64,000 nt of DNA from an uncultured Holophaga sp. (GCA_963664825.1 OY761614.1:1280001-1344000); one strand, 5' to 3'; shown: positions 47,840 to 58,280, counted from the first letter of the stretch. Program-made: numbers and translations. The notes: generated by a model not told the origin, from the letters alone.

Positions 47840-49992
47840 ACGAGTTCTCCCTGGACGATCCCAGCTTCTACGAAGACTTCCTGGTCGAGGCCGGCGAACA
47901 CTTCGAACTCATCGAACAGAACTTCCTGGTGTTGGAAGAGAACCCCCAGGATCTGGAGATCCTCAACGGCATCTTCCGCAGCGTGCATACCATCAAGGGC
48001 GCCTCGGGCTTCCTGGGCCTCACCAAGGTCCAGTCCCTCTCCCATATCGGCGAGAACATCCTGGACGAACTGCGCAAGGGCCGCATGACCGTCACGCCGG
48101 AAGTGATGGAACTCCTCTTCGAGACCGTTGATACCCTCAAGGTTCTCGTCGAAGACGTGGGCGTGAATCTCCACAAGCAGGGCACCCCGGCCGATCCCGA
48201 TACCGCCGATCTCATCTCAAGGCTGGAGACCCTTCGCGCGGGGGGGACACCTCCGCCCGCGGCCCCGGCTCCCGTCCAGGCCTCCGCCCCTGCGGGAGCC
48301 CTGGTGCTGCCCGAGGGGCTCCGCAACCTGGAGGCGGCTTCCTGCAAGCTCCTGGAGGATTTCAGCGCCCAGGGCATCACGCTGGTGGTCATCAAGGCCA
48401 CCCTGCTGCCCGAGATCATGGGCACTCCCTTCAACCCGCTCTCCATGCTTCCCATGGCCGAATTGGTGGGCAAGCTCGTCCATTCCTCCCACCTGATGGC
48501 GGAGGCCGCCGATCTGGAGAACTTCCAGCCCGATCAGTTCCCCTTCGATCTGGTGCTCTTCATCCAGCCTTCGGATTCCGTGGAGACGGTCCAGAAGATC
48601 TTCGATGGCGTGAAGCATGTCCACATCGAGTATTTCCTCGTGGGGCCCGATGGCGCCAAGGCCCTTTCGGCCCCGGTTCCGGCTTCGACTCCGGCTCCCA
48701 CGCCCGTCGCTCCAGCGCCCCAGGCGCCGGTAGAGACGGCCGCCAAGAAGGCCTCCGCGCCGGAAAAGGTAGATAAGGGCTCCGACACCATCCGCGTCAG
48801 CCAGGCCAAGCTGGATACCTTCATGAATACCGTGGCGGAATTGATCATCTGCAAGACGATGATCAATCACGTGGTCGAGCGCTTCGAAGTGGAAGTGACC
48901 GAAGGCGCCGCGGGAGATCTCGTCAAGGAACTCCGCAAGGGCAGCGTCTACCTGGACCAGGTCTCCAAGGAGATCCAGGCCTCGGTGCTGAGCATCCGCA
49001 TGGTGCCGGTGAAGACCATCTTCAGCAAGTTCCCCCGCATGCTCCGGGACCTGGCCAAGGCCAGCGGCAAGAAGATCGAGCTCCAGATGGTCGGAGAGGA
49101 AACCGAGATCGACAAGAGCCTGATCGAGGAACTCAGCGATCCCCTCATCCATCTCATCCGCAATAGCGCCGATCACGGCGTCGAGACGCCCGAGGCCCGC
49201 CTCAAATCCGGCAAGGCTGAAACAGGTGTCGTGATCCTCCGGGCCCGCCACGAGGGCGACTCCGTGCTGGTGGAGATCGAAGATGACGGCCATGGCATCG
49301 ACCCCGCCGTGATCCGGGCCAAGGCCGTCGAGAAGGGCATGATGAGCGCGGAACGCGCAGCCGCCATGTCCGACGAGGAAGCCATCAATCTGATCTTCCT
49401 GCCAGGCTTCAGCACAGCCGCCAAGGTGACGGATATCTCGGGGCGCGGCGTGGGCATGGATGTGGTCCGTTCCAATGTGCGCCGCCTCAATGGACACGTT
49501 TCGGTCCAGAGCGTGGTGGGCAAGGGTTCCATCTTCACGCTGAAACTGCCGCTCACCCTGGCGATCATCGACGCGCTCTTGATGCGCTCCGGGGGACAGG
49601 TCTTCGCCCTCCCCGGCACGGCGGTGGAAGAAACGCTCCTGGTCACTTCTGAAACCGTCTCCCATTTGACGAGGCGCAAGGCCATCAATCTGCGGGGCGA
49701 AGTGCTGGGTGTCACGCATTTGCGGGAACTACTGGCCTTCAAGGACACGTCGGAAGGCCAGGCGGGGGAGAACGAGGAACTTCCCGTGGTCGTCATCTCC
49801 ACCGGCGGCCGCCGCATGGGCCTCATCGTGGATGCCTTCATCCGGCGCCAGGAGATGGTCATCAAGCCCCTCGCACCCTATCTGGCCAGCCTGCCTGGCA
49901 TCTCGGGAGCCAGCGTCATGGGAGATGGAGGCATCGTTCTCATCCTGGATCCTGCCGAACTCATGACCCTGGCGGTGCAGGAGGCCCTGTGA
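47836..49992 (+). CDS. cheA: Chemotaxis histidine kinase CheA
   Basis: Hpt FRSVHTIKG; HLIRNSADHG, DDGHGID, GFSTA...SGRGVGMDVV; C-terminal CheW-like P5 domain. Confidence 0.96.
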   Translation: MNEFSLDDPSFYEDFLVEAGEHFELIEQNFLVLEENPQDLEILNGIFRSVHTIKGASGFLGLTKVQSLSHIGENILDELRKGRMTVTPEVMELLFETVDTLKVLVEDVGVNLHKQGTPADPDTADLISRLETLRAGGTPPPAAPAPVQASAPAGALVLPEGLRNLEAASCKLLEDFSAQGITLVVIKATLLPEIMGTPFNPLSMLPMAELVGKLVHSSHLMAEAADLENFQPDQFPFDLVLFIQPSDSVETVQKIFDGVKHVHIEYFLVGPDGAKALSAPVPASTPAPTPVAPAPQAPVETAAKKASAPEKVDKGSDTIRVSQAKLDTFMNTVAELIICKTMINHVVERFEVEVTEGAAGDLVKELRKGSVYLDQVSKEIQASVLSIRMVPVKTIFSKFPRMLRDLAKASGKKIELQMVGEETEIDKSLIEELSDPLIHLIRNSADHGVETPEARLKSGKAETGVVILRARHEGDSVLVEIEDDGHGIDPAVIRAKAVEKGMMSAERAAAMSDEEAINLIFLPGFSTAAKVTDISGRGVGMDVVRSNVRRLNGHVSVQSVVGKGSIFTLKLPLTLAIIDALLMRSGGQVFALPGTAVEETLLVTSETVSHLTRRKAINLRGEVLGVTHLRELLAFKDTSEGQAGENEELPVVVISTGGRRMGLIVDAFIRRQEMVIKPLAPYLASLPGISGASVMGDGGIVLILDPAELMTLAVQEAL

Positions 49993-50915
49993 GCCTGCCC
50001 ACCCCACCGGATTCAGCCCTCGTCGTCGGCGAGCGGGGCACGCGCCAGTACCTCTCCTTCACCCTGGAGGATCGCACCTACGCCGTGCCCCTGCTCCAGG
50101 TGGCGGAGATCTCGACCTACCGCCCGCTGAACCGCATGCCCCACATGCCCAAGGGGGTCGAGGGACTGCTCGATCTGAGAGGCAGCGTCATCCCCGTGGT
50201 CAATCTCCGGGTGCGACTGGGACTACCGGCCCTGGAGGCCACGGAGGCCAACAATATCCTGATCCTCACCCTGGCCGGGAACCTCATCGGCGTGCTGGTG
50301 GACCACGTCGATTCGGTCGTCACCGCCACGCCGGAGCAGCACGCCCCTGCCGGGCCCATCCTGGCGGGCAAGGAAGGCGCCTGGGCCTCGGGCTTCCTCC
50401 TCCAGGACGAACGGGTCACCGTGCTTTTGGACACCTCCCTGATCATCGCGCTGGGCGGAGAGCGGGTCAGCCGCGTCAGCGCCCAGGATCTCGATCTCGA
50501 GGGGAGGATGGACGACACGCTCCGGGAGCTGATCGCGATGGCTCCGGCGAAATCCGAAAATCCCACCGGGCGGGTCATCCCCCAGATGGAAGCGGCGATC
50601 CAGCATACCGAAGTGGAGATGGGCAAGGTCATCGAGCGGATCGAGCTGATGCTCGCCGGGGCCGATGGATGCTTCCAAAGCCTGGTGCGCCTCAAGCAGG
50701 ACGCCAGCCTGGGCCACCTGAAGGGTCAGGAGGCTCTCCTGGCCGAACTGGAGCAGAACACCCAGGCCATCCAGGACCACATCTTCGACCTGCTCCAGCA
50801 GATCCAATTCCAGGATATCGCCCGCCAGAAGCTGGAACGGGTGCTCAATCACATCCGGGGCCTCCAGGCAGCCATCGGTCAGAAGTTCAGGGACATCGGC
50901 GATAGACCGGCCTGA
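49989..50915 (+). CDS. CheW domain fused to a CheZ-like helical domain
   Basis: GLLDLRGSVIPVVNL CheW domain followed by a helical region ending QFQDIARQKLERV. Confidence 0.85.
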   Translation: MSLPTPPDSALVVGERGTRQYLSFTLEDRTYAVPLLQVAEISTYRPLNRMPHMPKGVEGLLDLRGSVIPVVNLRVRLGLPALEATEANNILILTLAGNLIGVLVDHVDSVVTATPEQHAPAGPILAGKEGAWASGFLLQDERVTVLLDTSLIIALGGERVSRVSAQDLDLEGRMDDTLRELIAMAPAKSENPTGRVIPQMEAAIQHTEVEMGKVIERIELMLAGADGCFQSLVRLKQDASLGHLKGQEALLAELEQNTQAIQDHIFDLLQQIQFQDIARQKLERVLNHIRGLQAAIGQKFRDIGDRPA

Positions 50916-51008
50916 ATCGGGATTCCGCAGGCGGAGAAACGCTCACCGCTGGTGCGAGTTCGGGTGTCGGTCTTCTTCCGGGTCCTTTTGCGGATCCGAC
51001 ACAGGACT

Positions 51009-51692
51009 TCAGCGTGCCTTGGCTGTTTCCAGCAGGGCCCAATCCTGTTTCACCTGCCAGGCTGTGGCAAACGAACCGTAGGCCCGACGGGCCAATTCTG
51101 CGGCCGTCAAACTCGGGTCTCGATCCAGTTCGGACCACATATCCGCTCGGTAGCTGGGTCCCAAGAGAATGCGCCTCCGGTATGTTCGATGTCGCCTCGC
51201 GAGTTCGGCGGGGCTTAGCACATCCTCCTTCCGGTTCCGCAACACTCCCGCTGGAACGCAGAGGGTGCTGCCGAAAAAACGGGGATCTTCTCCCACACGG
51301 CGCAGGTGGAATGCGGTGCCCGTGGCCAGGAGATCCACAGGCGCACCCTGGTAGCTCTGGATCAGGCGGGCAAAGCGGCGGTCCTTGGAAAGCCAGTGGC
51401 CTACCGCCGCCCAGAACGCCCGCACACGCGCCCCAGGGTGTTCGGTCACCAGACGGGTCAGGCGGTCGGCGTTGATCCAACGGCTGTGCACCTCCAGCCA
51501 AGTCATGAGCATGGCCAACACCCGCAGGTCGTCCTGCTCCAGGCCCTCCACCGAAGCCGCCAGCAGCGTGTCTTCAATGTTGGGATCGGGCGAGCCCTCC
51601 TTCGCAAAGAGCATCCCAATGCCGACCATGGCCTGGGTGAGATCCTCCCCGCTTAGGGGTCTCTCCGGCGAAGATGCCCTCCTAAAGGCCAT
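51009..51692 (-). CDS. Hypothetical protein with C-terminal HTH-like segment, partner of the DUF6036-like gene
   Basis: ATG overlaps the end of the upstream gene; C-terminal LTAAELARRAYGSFATAW. Confidence 0.7.
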   Translation of the reverse strand: MAFRRASSPERPLSGEDLTQAMVGIGMLFAKEGSPDPNIEDTLLAASVEGLEQDDLRVLAMLMTWLEVHSRWINADRLTRLVTEHPGARVRAFWAAVGHWLSKDRRFARLIQSYQGAPVDLLATGTAFHLRRVGEDPRFFGSTLCVPAGVLRNRKEDVLSPAELARRHRTYRRRILLGPSYRADMWSELDRDPSLTAAELARRAYGSFATAWQVKQDWALLETAKAR

Positions 51693-51975
51693 GGCCGAGC
51701 CTCCGGGCCAGGTCCTCCAGGAAGGAGGAAGGACCATTGTTCAGCCAATCATTTCGCAAAACGATGCCCCGCTCCCGAACCAACCCTGCGAAGGCCTGAG
51801 CGGCGCCCCGGACTGCCTCTGGGAGATCGGGCTCAATGACATCGAAGTCCCGCGTTTCGCGCTGCACGATGCCCAGCAGGGCCAGAGCGGCTCCCCCCGT
51901 GGCGATTGCCTCAAGGCGAAGCCCTCGTTCCGCAAGAAAGGCGTCAAACAGGGGGATGATCTGGGCGGGATTCAT
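51682..51975 (-). pseudogene. DUF6036/AbiEii-like nucleotidyltransferase, apparently internally deleted (97 aa)
   Basis: GGAALALLG...RETRDFDV NTase motif and WLNNGP, then directly a short C-terminal tail. Confidence 0.6.
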
Positions 51976-51992
51976 GGGGTCCTCAGTGCCTG

Positions 51993-52011
51993 GTATCAAT
52001 ATAACTGATAC
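51993..52011. promoter_or_regulatory. Palindromic operator candidate
   Basis: GTATCA-ATATAAC-TGATAC upstream of the DUF6036-like pair. Confidence 0.5.
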
Positions 52012-52255
52012 TCGCTCAAACGCCAGATCACCCAGGGCGGCATCCGCAAGATGGACATGACCGCAGACACCTCTCCACCCTGGCCTCGCTGCCCCCCACT
52101 ATCCCGTTCCATTTGCCCCGACCGGGGGGGGACTGACATGGCGCTCTCGGCCTGAGCGTCCAAGGATCCGTGCAGCCATTCCCCCGGGAGCCGCGCTAGG
52201 CTGGAGAGGGATTCTGGCGGTCGCCCGGCAGGCCCATCCTCAATCCGGAGTATCC

Positions 52256-53647
<1,392 letters not shown>

Positions 53648-53737
53648 AGCGAGGGCATCCGGAAGCCAGAATCGGCAGACCCGCGGAGAGGGCCATGTCT
53701 CGCTCCAAGACCACGCCTTGAGGCTTGATCTGCAAGT

Positions 53738-53803
53738 TGAAACAAGGGAAGGTGTTATTTTACGGAAGGCCCACTCGCTAAAATAAGCCCGATCCTTGTT
53801 TTA
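53738..53803. promoter_or_regulatory. Two 9-7-9 palindromic operator boxes upstream of fic
   Basis: TGAAACAAG-N7-GTTATTTTA (53738-53762) and TAAAATAAG-N7-CTTGTTTTA (53779-53803). Confidence 0.65.
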
Positions 53804-53818
53804 ACTTCCGAGGCATCC

Positions 53819-54979
53819 ATGAAGCGCGCCATGACGGGCCACTACGCAGTCCAAACCACGCAGGGCGAGAGCGTCCAGGCCTTCATCCCGAACCCCTTGC
53901 CTCCGGATCCCCCCATCCAATGGACACCGGACCTCCTGGCCGCCCAGCAGCGAGCCGCACTGGCCCTGGGAAGATTGGACGGCGTCACCACGCTGCTGCC
54001 GGACCCCGCCTTGTTCCTATACAGCTACGTGCGTAAGGAAGCCGTGCTTTCCAGTCAAATTGAGGGCACCCAATCCTCCCTCTCTGAACTGATGGCCTTC
54101 GAAAACCAGGGCGCACCTGGGGTTCCCCTTGATGATGTCGTCGAGGTATCCAACTACGTCGCCGCCATGAATCACGGAATCCAACGCCTTCGGGAAGGTT
54201 TTCCCCTTTGCCTCCGCCTCGTCAGGGAGATCCATGAAGTCCTCCTCGCCTCCGGGCGGGGGAGTGCCAAGCAACCAGGTGCGTTCAGGACCAGTCAGAA
54301 CTGGATCGGTGGGAGCCGTCCAGGAAACGCTAAGTTCGTGCCCCCTCCCCACGAGGCTCTTCCCGGATGCTTGAAGGCGTGGGAGGCCTTCCTCCATGGG
54401 GGTCCCGGGATCGCCGACCCTTTGACTCGCGCAGCCCTGGCCCATATCCAGTTCGAGACCATGCACCCGTTCCTGGATGGCAATGGTCGAGTCGGTCGCC
54501 TGATGGTCTCCCTGCTGCTCAGCGCGGAAGGCGTTCTTCGAGAGCCGCTGCTCTACCTCAGCCTTTTCCTCAAGCAGCACCGCGAGACCTACTACGAACT
54601 TCTCCAGTCCGTCCGCATGGAAGGAGACTGGGAGGCGTGGCTGGATTTCTTTTTCCAAGGTGTGACCGAGACTTCGGAGAGCGCCGTCGCCACGGCACAG
54701 CACCTCCTGCGCTTATTTGCCGAGGACCGGAAACGCATCCAGGGAACCGGACGGATTGCGGGTTCTGTTCTCCAGGTCCACCACCACCTCCAGGGACGCC
54801 CCCTTTGTTCAGCCTCAACGATCGGGCTTGCCGAGAATCTCTCCCAAGCAACCGTGAACAAAGCCCTCAAGACACTCGTGGAGATGGGCCTCGTCCGCGA
54901 AATCACCGGAGGGCAGCGGAACCGGCTCTTTGCGTACAGCCAAGCCCTGCAGATCCTGTCGGAAGGTACAGAGGCCTGA
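53819..54979 (+). CDS. Fic-family protein (class II, N-terminal inhibitory helix, C-terminal HTH)
   Basis: SSQIEG inhibitory motif; HPFLDGNGRVGR; C-terminal SQATVNKALKTLVEMGLVREITG. Confidence 0.93.
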   Translation: MKRAMTGHYAVQTTQGESVQAFIPNPLPPDPPIQWTPDLLAAQQRAALALGRLDGVTTLLPDPALFLYSYVRKEAVLSSQIEGTQSSLSELMAFENQGAPGVPLDDVVEVSNYVAAMNHGIQRLREGFPLCLRLVREIHEVLLASGRGSAKQPGAFRTSQNWIGGSRPGNAKFVPPPHEALPGCLKAWEAFLHGGPGIADPLTRAALAHIQFETMHPFLDGNGRVGRLMVSLLLSAEGVLREPLLYLSLFLKQHRETYYELLQSVRMEGDWEAWLDFFFQGVTETSESAVATAQHLLRLFAEDRKRIQGTGRIAGSVLQVHHHLQGRPLCSASTIGLAENLSQATVNKALKTLVEMGLVREITGGQRNRLFAYSQALQILSEGTEA

Positions 54980-55061
54980 TGGGGTTTCATGCACAACGAG
55001 AAACTCACGGATTCAGAACAGCATCCCCAGCCTCCAGTCCTGACACGGTTCTAGTGGCCCT

Positions 55062-55472
55062 TCAAGATATGCCATTGTCCGCGAGGTATTCCCTCGGAGA
55101 ACGCATGTCCACACCATCCCGGATCGCTTCGGGGAAATGTCCCAGGTTCCCCGTCACCAGCACGGCGCCCGTAGCTTTGGCCAGCGCCAGAAAGACAAGA
55201 TCATCGCTATCGGGTCCGTTCAGCGGCCAGGGAGCCGGTTCTGGCTCATGGAAGGCGACTTGGAGCAGGCGGGGCAGCCATGCCGGAGGAAATCCCTTTG
55301 GCCTGAACTTGGGACGGTTCAGCACCTCCCGGTACTCCGCCGCAATGGAGGCGCACACGTGAACCGGAGTCTGGCGCAACAGCACCTTTTCCACGATGCG
55401 GGCCAAGTCGCTTTCCGGCTTCAGTGCCGCCGATACAAGGATATTGGTGTCCAGGACAAGCGCCCGACTCAC
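55062..55472 (-). CDS. PIN-domain toxin
   Basis: LVLDTNILVSA, EYREVL, DSDDLVFLALA, LVTGN. Confidence 0.9.
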   Translation of the reverse strand: MSRALVLDTNILVSAALKPESDLARIVEKVLLRQTPVHVCASIAAEYREVLNRPKFRPKGFPPAWLPRLLQVAFHEPEPAPWPLNGPDSDDLVFLALAKATGAVLVTGNLGHFPEAIRDGVDMRSPREYLADNGIS

Positions 55473-55768
55473 GCCGTGCGCCCCCGGCCCTTGGCGGCCT
55501 TCCGCGCCGCCCGAATTTCCGCGTCAATCTCATCAGCCGTGAGCTGGTCCAACCCGCTCTCCACGGCCCGAGCCTGGTCCTGGCGCAACGCCGCCACCGC
55601 CGCCAGGCCTTCCGCAAGGTCCAACATCCCCATACGGGTTTCAGGCGTCACCGGGAGCAGCAGGAACTCCTGTTCCCGACCCGCCAGCAGCCATGGTTCC
55701 GTGGAGACACCGGCCCCCAGGGCCTTGGCACCTTCACGTTGGAAATCCCGGAGGGGTATGGTCTTCAT
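55469..55768 (-). CDS. Putative antitoxin (Phd-like N-terminus)
   Basis: MKTIPLRDFQ; C-terminal LTADEIDAEIRAARK; 4-bp overlap with the PIN gene; GGAGG RBS. Confidence 0.8.
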   Translation of the reverse strand: MKTIPLRDFQREGAKALGAGVSTEPWLLAGREQEFLLLPVTPETRMGMLDLAEGLAAVAALRQDQARAVESGLDQLTADEIDAEIRAARKAAKGRGRTA

Positions 55769-55782
55769 GGGGCACCTCCATT

Positions 55783-55809
55783 CCATTGTCGTCGTTTCGG
55801 CGACAATGG
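55783..55809. promoter_or_regulatory. Palindromic operator candidate of the antitoxin-PIN operon
   Basis: CCATTGTCG-N9-CGACAATGG just upstream of the RBS. Confidence 0.6.
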
Positions 55810-55984
55810 CAACCCGTGAAGGAAACCGGGCCTCACGCCGGTGCTGGAATTCCAGGGCAAGCTGTATTGGCCGGGGATTCACGGGGATGGACGAGGATAA
55901 AAGCAAGCCGGGAATTCGTGAGATTTGATCCCGAAACGTCATCCCCGGCTAAGGGCGGTTGGCACGGTAGCTTGCCATTTTTGT

Positions 55985-56014
55985 GACCTGCCATATATTT
56001 GATTATGGCAGGTC
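55985..56014. promoter_or_regulatory. Perfect 11-bp inverted repeat, vapBC operator candidate
   Basis: GACCTGCCATA-N8-TATGGCAGGTC, with further TGCCA/TGGCA half-sites at 55960, 55973 and 56027. Confidence 0.65.
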
Positions 56015-56093
56015 TTGTGGTGGCCTTGCCATGAACATCAACCGTTGTCCCGATGGGACCACCATGCCGCTGATGCTGGCGAAGGTGACACAA

Positions 56094-56345
56094 ATGTCCT
56101 GCTCAAACTTCACTCTTCAGATCGCGCAGGGAGGAAGGGTTGTGATTCCGGCCAAGGCCAGACAAGCGCTGGGGTTGGCTGAAGGGGTACGTGTGACGCT
56201 GGAGGTTTACAAGGATCGCCTCACGATCGTCCCTTTGGATCGGGCTCTCGATGTAATGCTGGCGAAGGCCAGGAGCCTTCTCCAGGGTCCATCGCTTGCA
56301 GACGAGCTGATGGCGGAACGACGCAAGGAGGCTGAACGTGAATAA
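56094..56345 (+). CDS. AbrB/MazE-family antitoxin (VapB)
   Basis: IAQGGRVVIPAKARQALGLAEG; SLADELMAERRKEA; overlaps the vapC start. Confidence 0.88.
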   Translation: MSCSNFTLQIAQGGRVVIPAKARQALGLAEGVRVTLEVYKDRLTIVPLDRALDVMLAKARSLLQGPSLADELMAERRKEAERE

Positions 56346-56727
56346 AGTCGTGCTCGATGCGAGTGCCGTCTTGGCCCTTCTTCAGGGCGAGGAGGGAGCG
56401 AATCGGGTCCGTGATGCGCTGCGCTTGTCGGTGTGCTACATCAGCGCCGCAAACCTTGCCGAGGTCGCGGGGAAGTTGTTTGAGCGCCTCGGTAAGAGGG
56501 ATCAGGTTCGGGAACTGCTCACGATTCCGGGGCTGGAGGTGCTTCCGGTGACGGAAGAGGATGCCTTTCTAGCAGCGGAATTGACGGTCCAAGCGAAGGC
56601 CTTGGGACTCTCGCTGGGGGATCGTTTGTGCCTCGCATTGGGCATGCAGGAAGGGGCGAAAGTGCTCACGGCAGATCAGGTTTGGCTCCAGCTCAAGGTG
56701 GGCCCGAAGGTGGAGTCGATCCGGTGA
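56338..56727 (+). CDS. vapC: VapC PIN-domain toxin
   Basis: VVLDASAVLA, ISAANLAEV, GLSLGDRLCLA, VLTADQVW. Confidence 0.92.
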   Translation: MNKVVLDASAVLALLQGEEGANRVRDALRLSVCYISAANLAEVAGKLFERLGKRDQVRELLTIPGLEVLPVTEEDAFLAAELTVQAKALGLSLGDRLCLALGMQEGAKVLTADQVWLQLKVGPKVESIR

Positions 56728-56826
56728 GGCTCTTGATTACGGGAGCCAGCTTCCGCTGAACCTATCGGCCTCTCCGTGCCATCCGCGACTCCGCGTGGAT
56801 TTCTCTCGTTTTGATACGGCTCGCCT

Positions 56827-57321
56827 TCACTCCAGTTTCGAGAAGCCTGAAGCATCGGTCAGGAGCCCCTTCCATCCACATTCCATGCTCACGCTCATCT
56901 TCCGGCCGGGGCGCAATATGCCGCTGCGCCAGTCCTGGACAAGGGGCAGGGCCAAGTAGCGCGGCGCTTGGCCGGGGGCCTGGAAGCTCAACACCACCAG
57001 GTCCGCCGTGCGGCGGGGAATGGTGTCCTTCACCCAGCGGCGATAGGCCACGGACAAAGGCAGGGCGTTCACGATCACGTTTTCGTCCGTGGGGTGGAGT
57101 TCCAGCGGTGTCCAGGCCGCTTTCGGCCATCGCCCCCGGGGCCCGGCCCAGACCTTCACCAGCGTCTGAGGCGGCAACTCCTTCACCCTCACCCGCAGGT
57201 TGAGCTTGGACGTGCCCGAACGCCTCGGAGTCTCCCAGGCCACCAGGGCGGCGAGGCTGGCCAGCAGCAGCCCGCACCAGAGCACGTAGAACCAGCGGCG
57301 GCGGTAATGGATGGATTCCAT
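56827..57321 (-). CDS. Hypothetical membrane-anchored protein
   Basis: N-terminal transmembrane helix WFYVLWCGLLLASLAALVAW; GGAGG RBS. Confidence 0.65.
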   Translation of the reverse strand: MESIHYRRRWFYVLWCGLLLASLAALVAWETPRRSGTSKLNLRVRVKELPPQTLVKVWAGPRGRWPKAAWTPLELHPTDENVIVNALPLSVAYRRWVKDTIPRRTADLVVLSFQAPGQAPRYLALPLVQDWRSGILRPGRKMSVSMECGWKGLLTDASGFSKLE

Positions 57322-57329
57322 GGTTCCTC

Positions 57330-57716
57330 CTAGACTGCTCCAGCCCGCAGAACCGCGGCCAGTTCCTCACGGCTGGCTTCCGCCTTGGCCGCCTTCCATG
57401 CATTCGCATCGAGTTCGCCGAGCCAGGCCACATCTTCGCGGAGCATCACGCCATTCATCTCCAGGGTCACAGCGGCGGCCAGGGTGCCCACCCGCTTATT
57501 CCCATCCACGAAGGGATGGTTGAGGATGAGGGAGAACATGAGCGCGGCCGCGTAATCGAACAGGTCTCCCCCACCGTAAAGGTAGTGGTGCTGGGGCGAA
57601 GCCACCGAGCTTTCCAAGGCCCCAGCGTCCCGGAGCCCATGGGAGCCTCCCCATGCCTCGATCTGGCTGTAATGGAGGGCCTCGATCTCCTCCGAGGTCA
57701 GGAACAGGGGTATCAC
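57330..57716 (-). CDS. doc: Doc (death-on-curing) family toxin
   Basis: GGSHGLRDAGALES; HPFVDGNKRVG (Doc-type Lys). Confidence 0.92.
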   Translation of the reverse strand: MIPLFLTSEEIEALHYSQIEAWGGSHGLRDAGALESSVASPQHHYLYGGGDLFDYAAALMFSLILNHPFVDGNKRVGTLAAAVTLEMNGVMLREDVAWLGELDANAWKAAKAEASREELAAVLRAGAV

Positions 57717-57946
57717 CTGGCGAGACTCTTGAGCACAGGGGCCAGTTTCCGCTCCGTGCTTTCCTTGGCCTTGAGGAACAGAGCCAGACGTTCGGCAGCC
57801 GGAAGCGCCACAGGAGTCACGATCAGCGATTTCCCATCCGTCCGCACCTCGAGCGGCGTCTCAGGCGTGAGGCCAAGCAGTTCCATGACGTTCTTCTCGA
57901 CCACAAGGGCATATCCATTGCCGTGTCGCTTCAGATTGCGGAGCAC
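57713..57946 (-). CDS. AbrB-family antitoxin
   Basis: LKRHGNGYALVV...DGKSLIVTPV; overlaps the doc start. Confidence 0.85.
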   Translation of the reverse strand: MLRNLKRHGNGYALVVEKNVMELLGLTPETPLEVRTDGKSLIVTPVALPAAERLALFLKAKESTERKLAPVLKSLAR

Positions 57947-57957
57947 ATCGCACCTCG

Positions 57958-57975
57958 GTAATACAAGTGTATTAC
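57958..57975. promoter_or_regulatory. Perfect palindromic operator of the abrB-doc operon
   Basis: GTAATACA-AG-TGTATTAC. Confidence 0.7.
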
Positions 57976-58010
57976 ATCCGATTCCGTCGGCAAGACGGCC
58001 CGCAGGAACC

Positions 58011-58280
58011 CTATAACTGCATCACATAGCCCGGCAGGGCCAGGATCGCCTCCCGCAGGGGCCGTTCGGCCTGTTCACTAGGCAGGGTCACCCAGAAGGT
58101 GTAGGCGATGTAGGCGCCGTGTTCGTGGGCCGCGTGAATACCATCCCCCGCCGCTTGAGGCCCCAGATGCTCAAGGATCAAGGCCTCCACGCGAGCGGGC
58201 TCCAGTACGCCGGCCTTGCCGATCACCTTGAGCGGCACGCGTGTGGGATAGGTGATCTCGGGGCGGGGGCAGCTTTCCAT
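58011..58280 (-). CDS. DUF493/YbeD-like protein
   Basis: ITYPTRVPLKVIG...GAYIAYT...LPGYVMQL. Confidence 0.75.
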   Translation of the reverse strand: MESCPRPEITYPTRVPLKVIGKAGVLEPARVEALILEHLGPQAAGDGIHAAHEHGAYIAYTFWVTLPSEQAERPLREAILALPGYVMQL

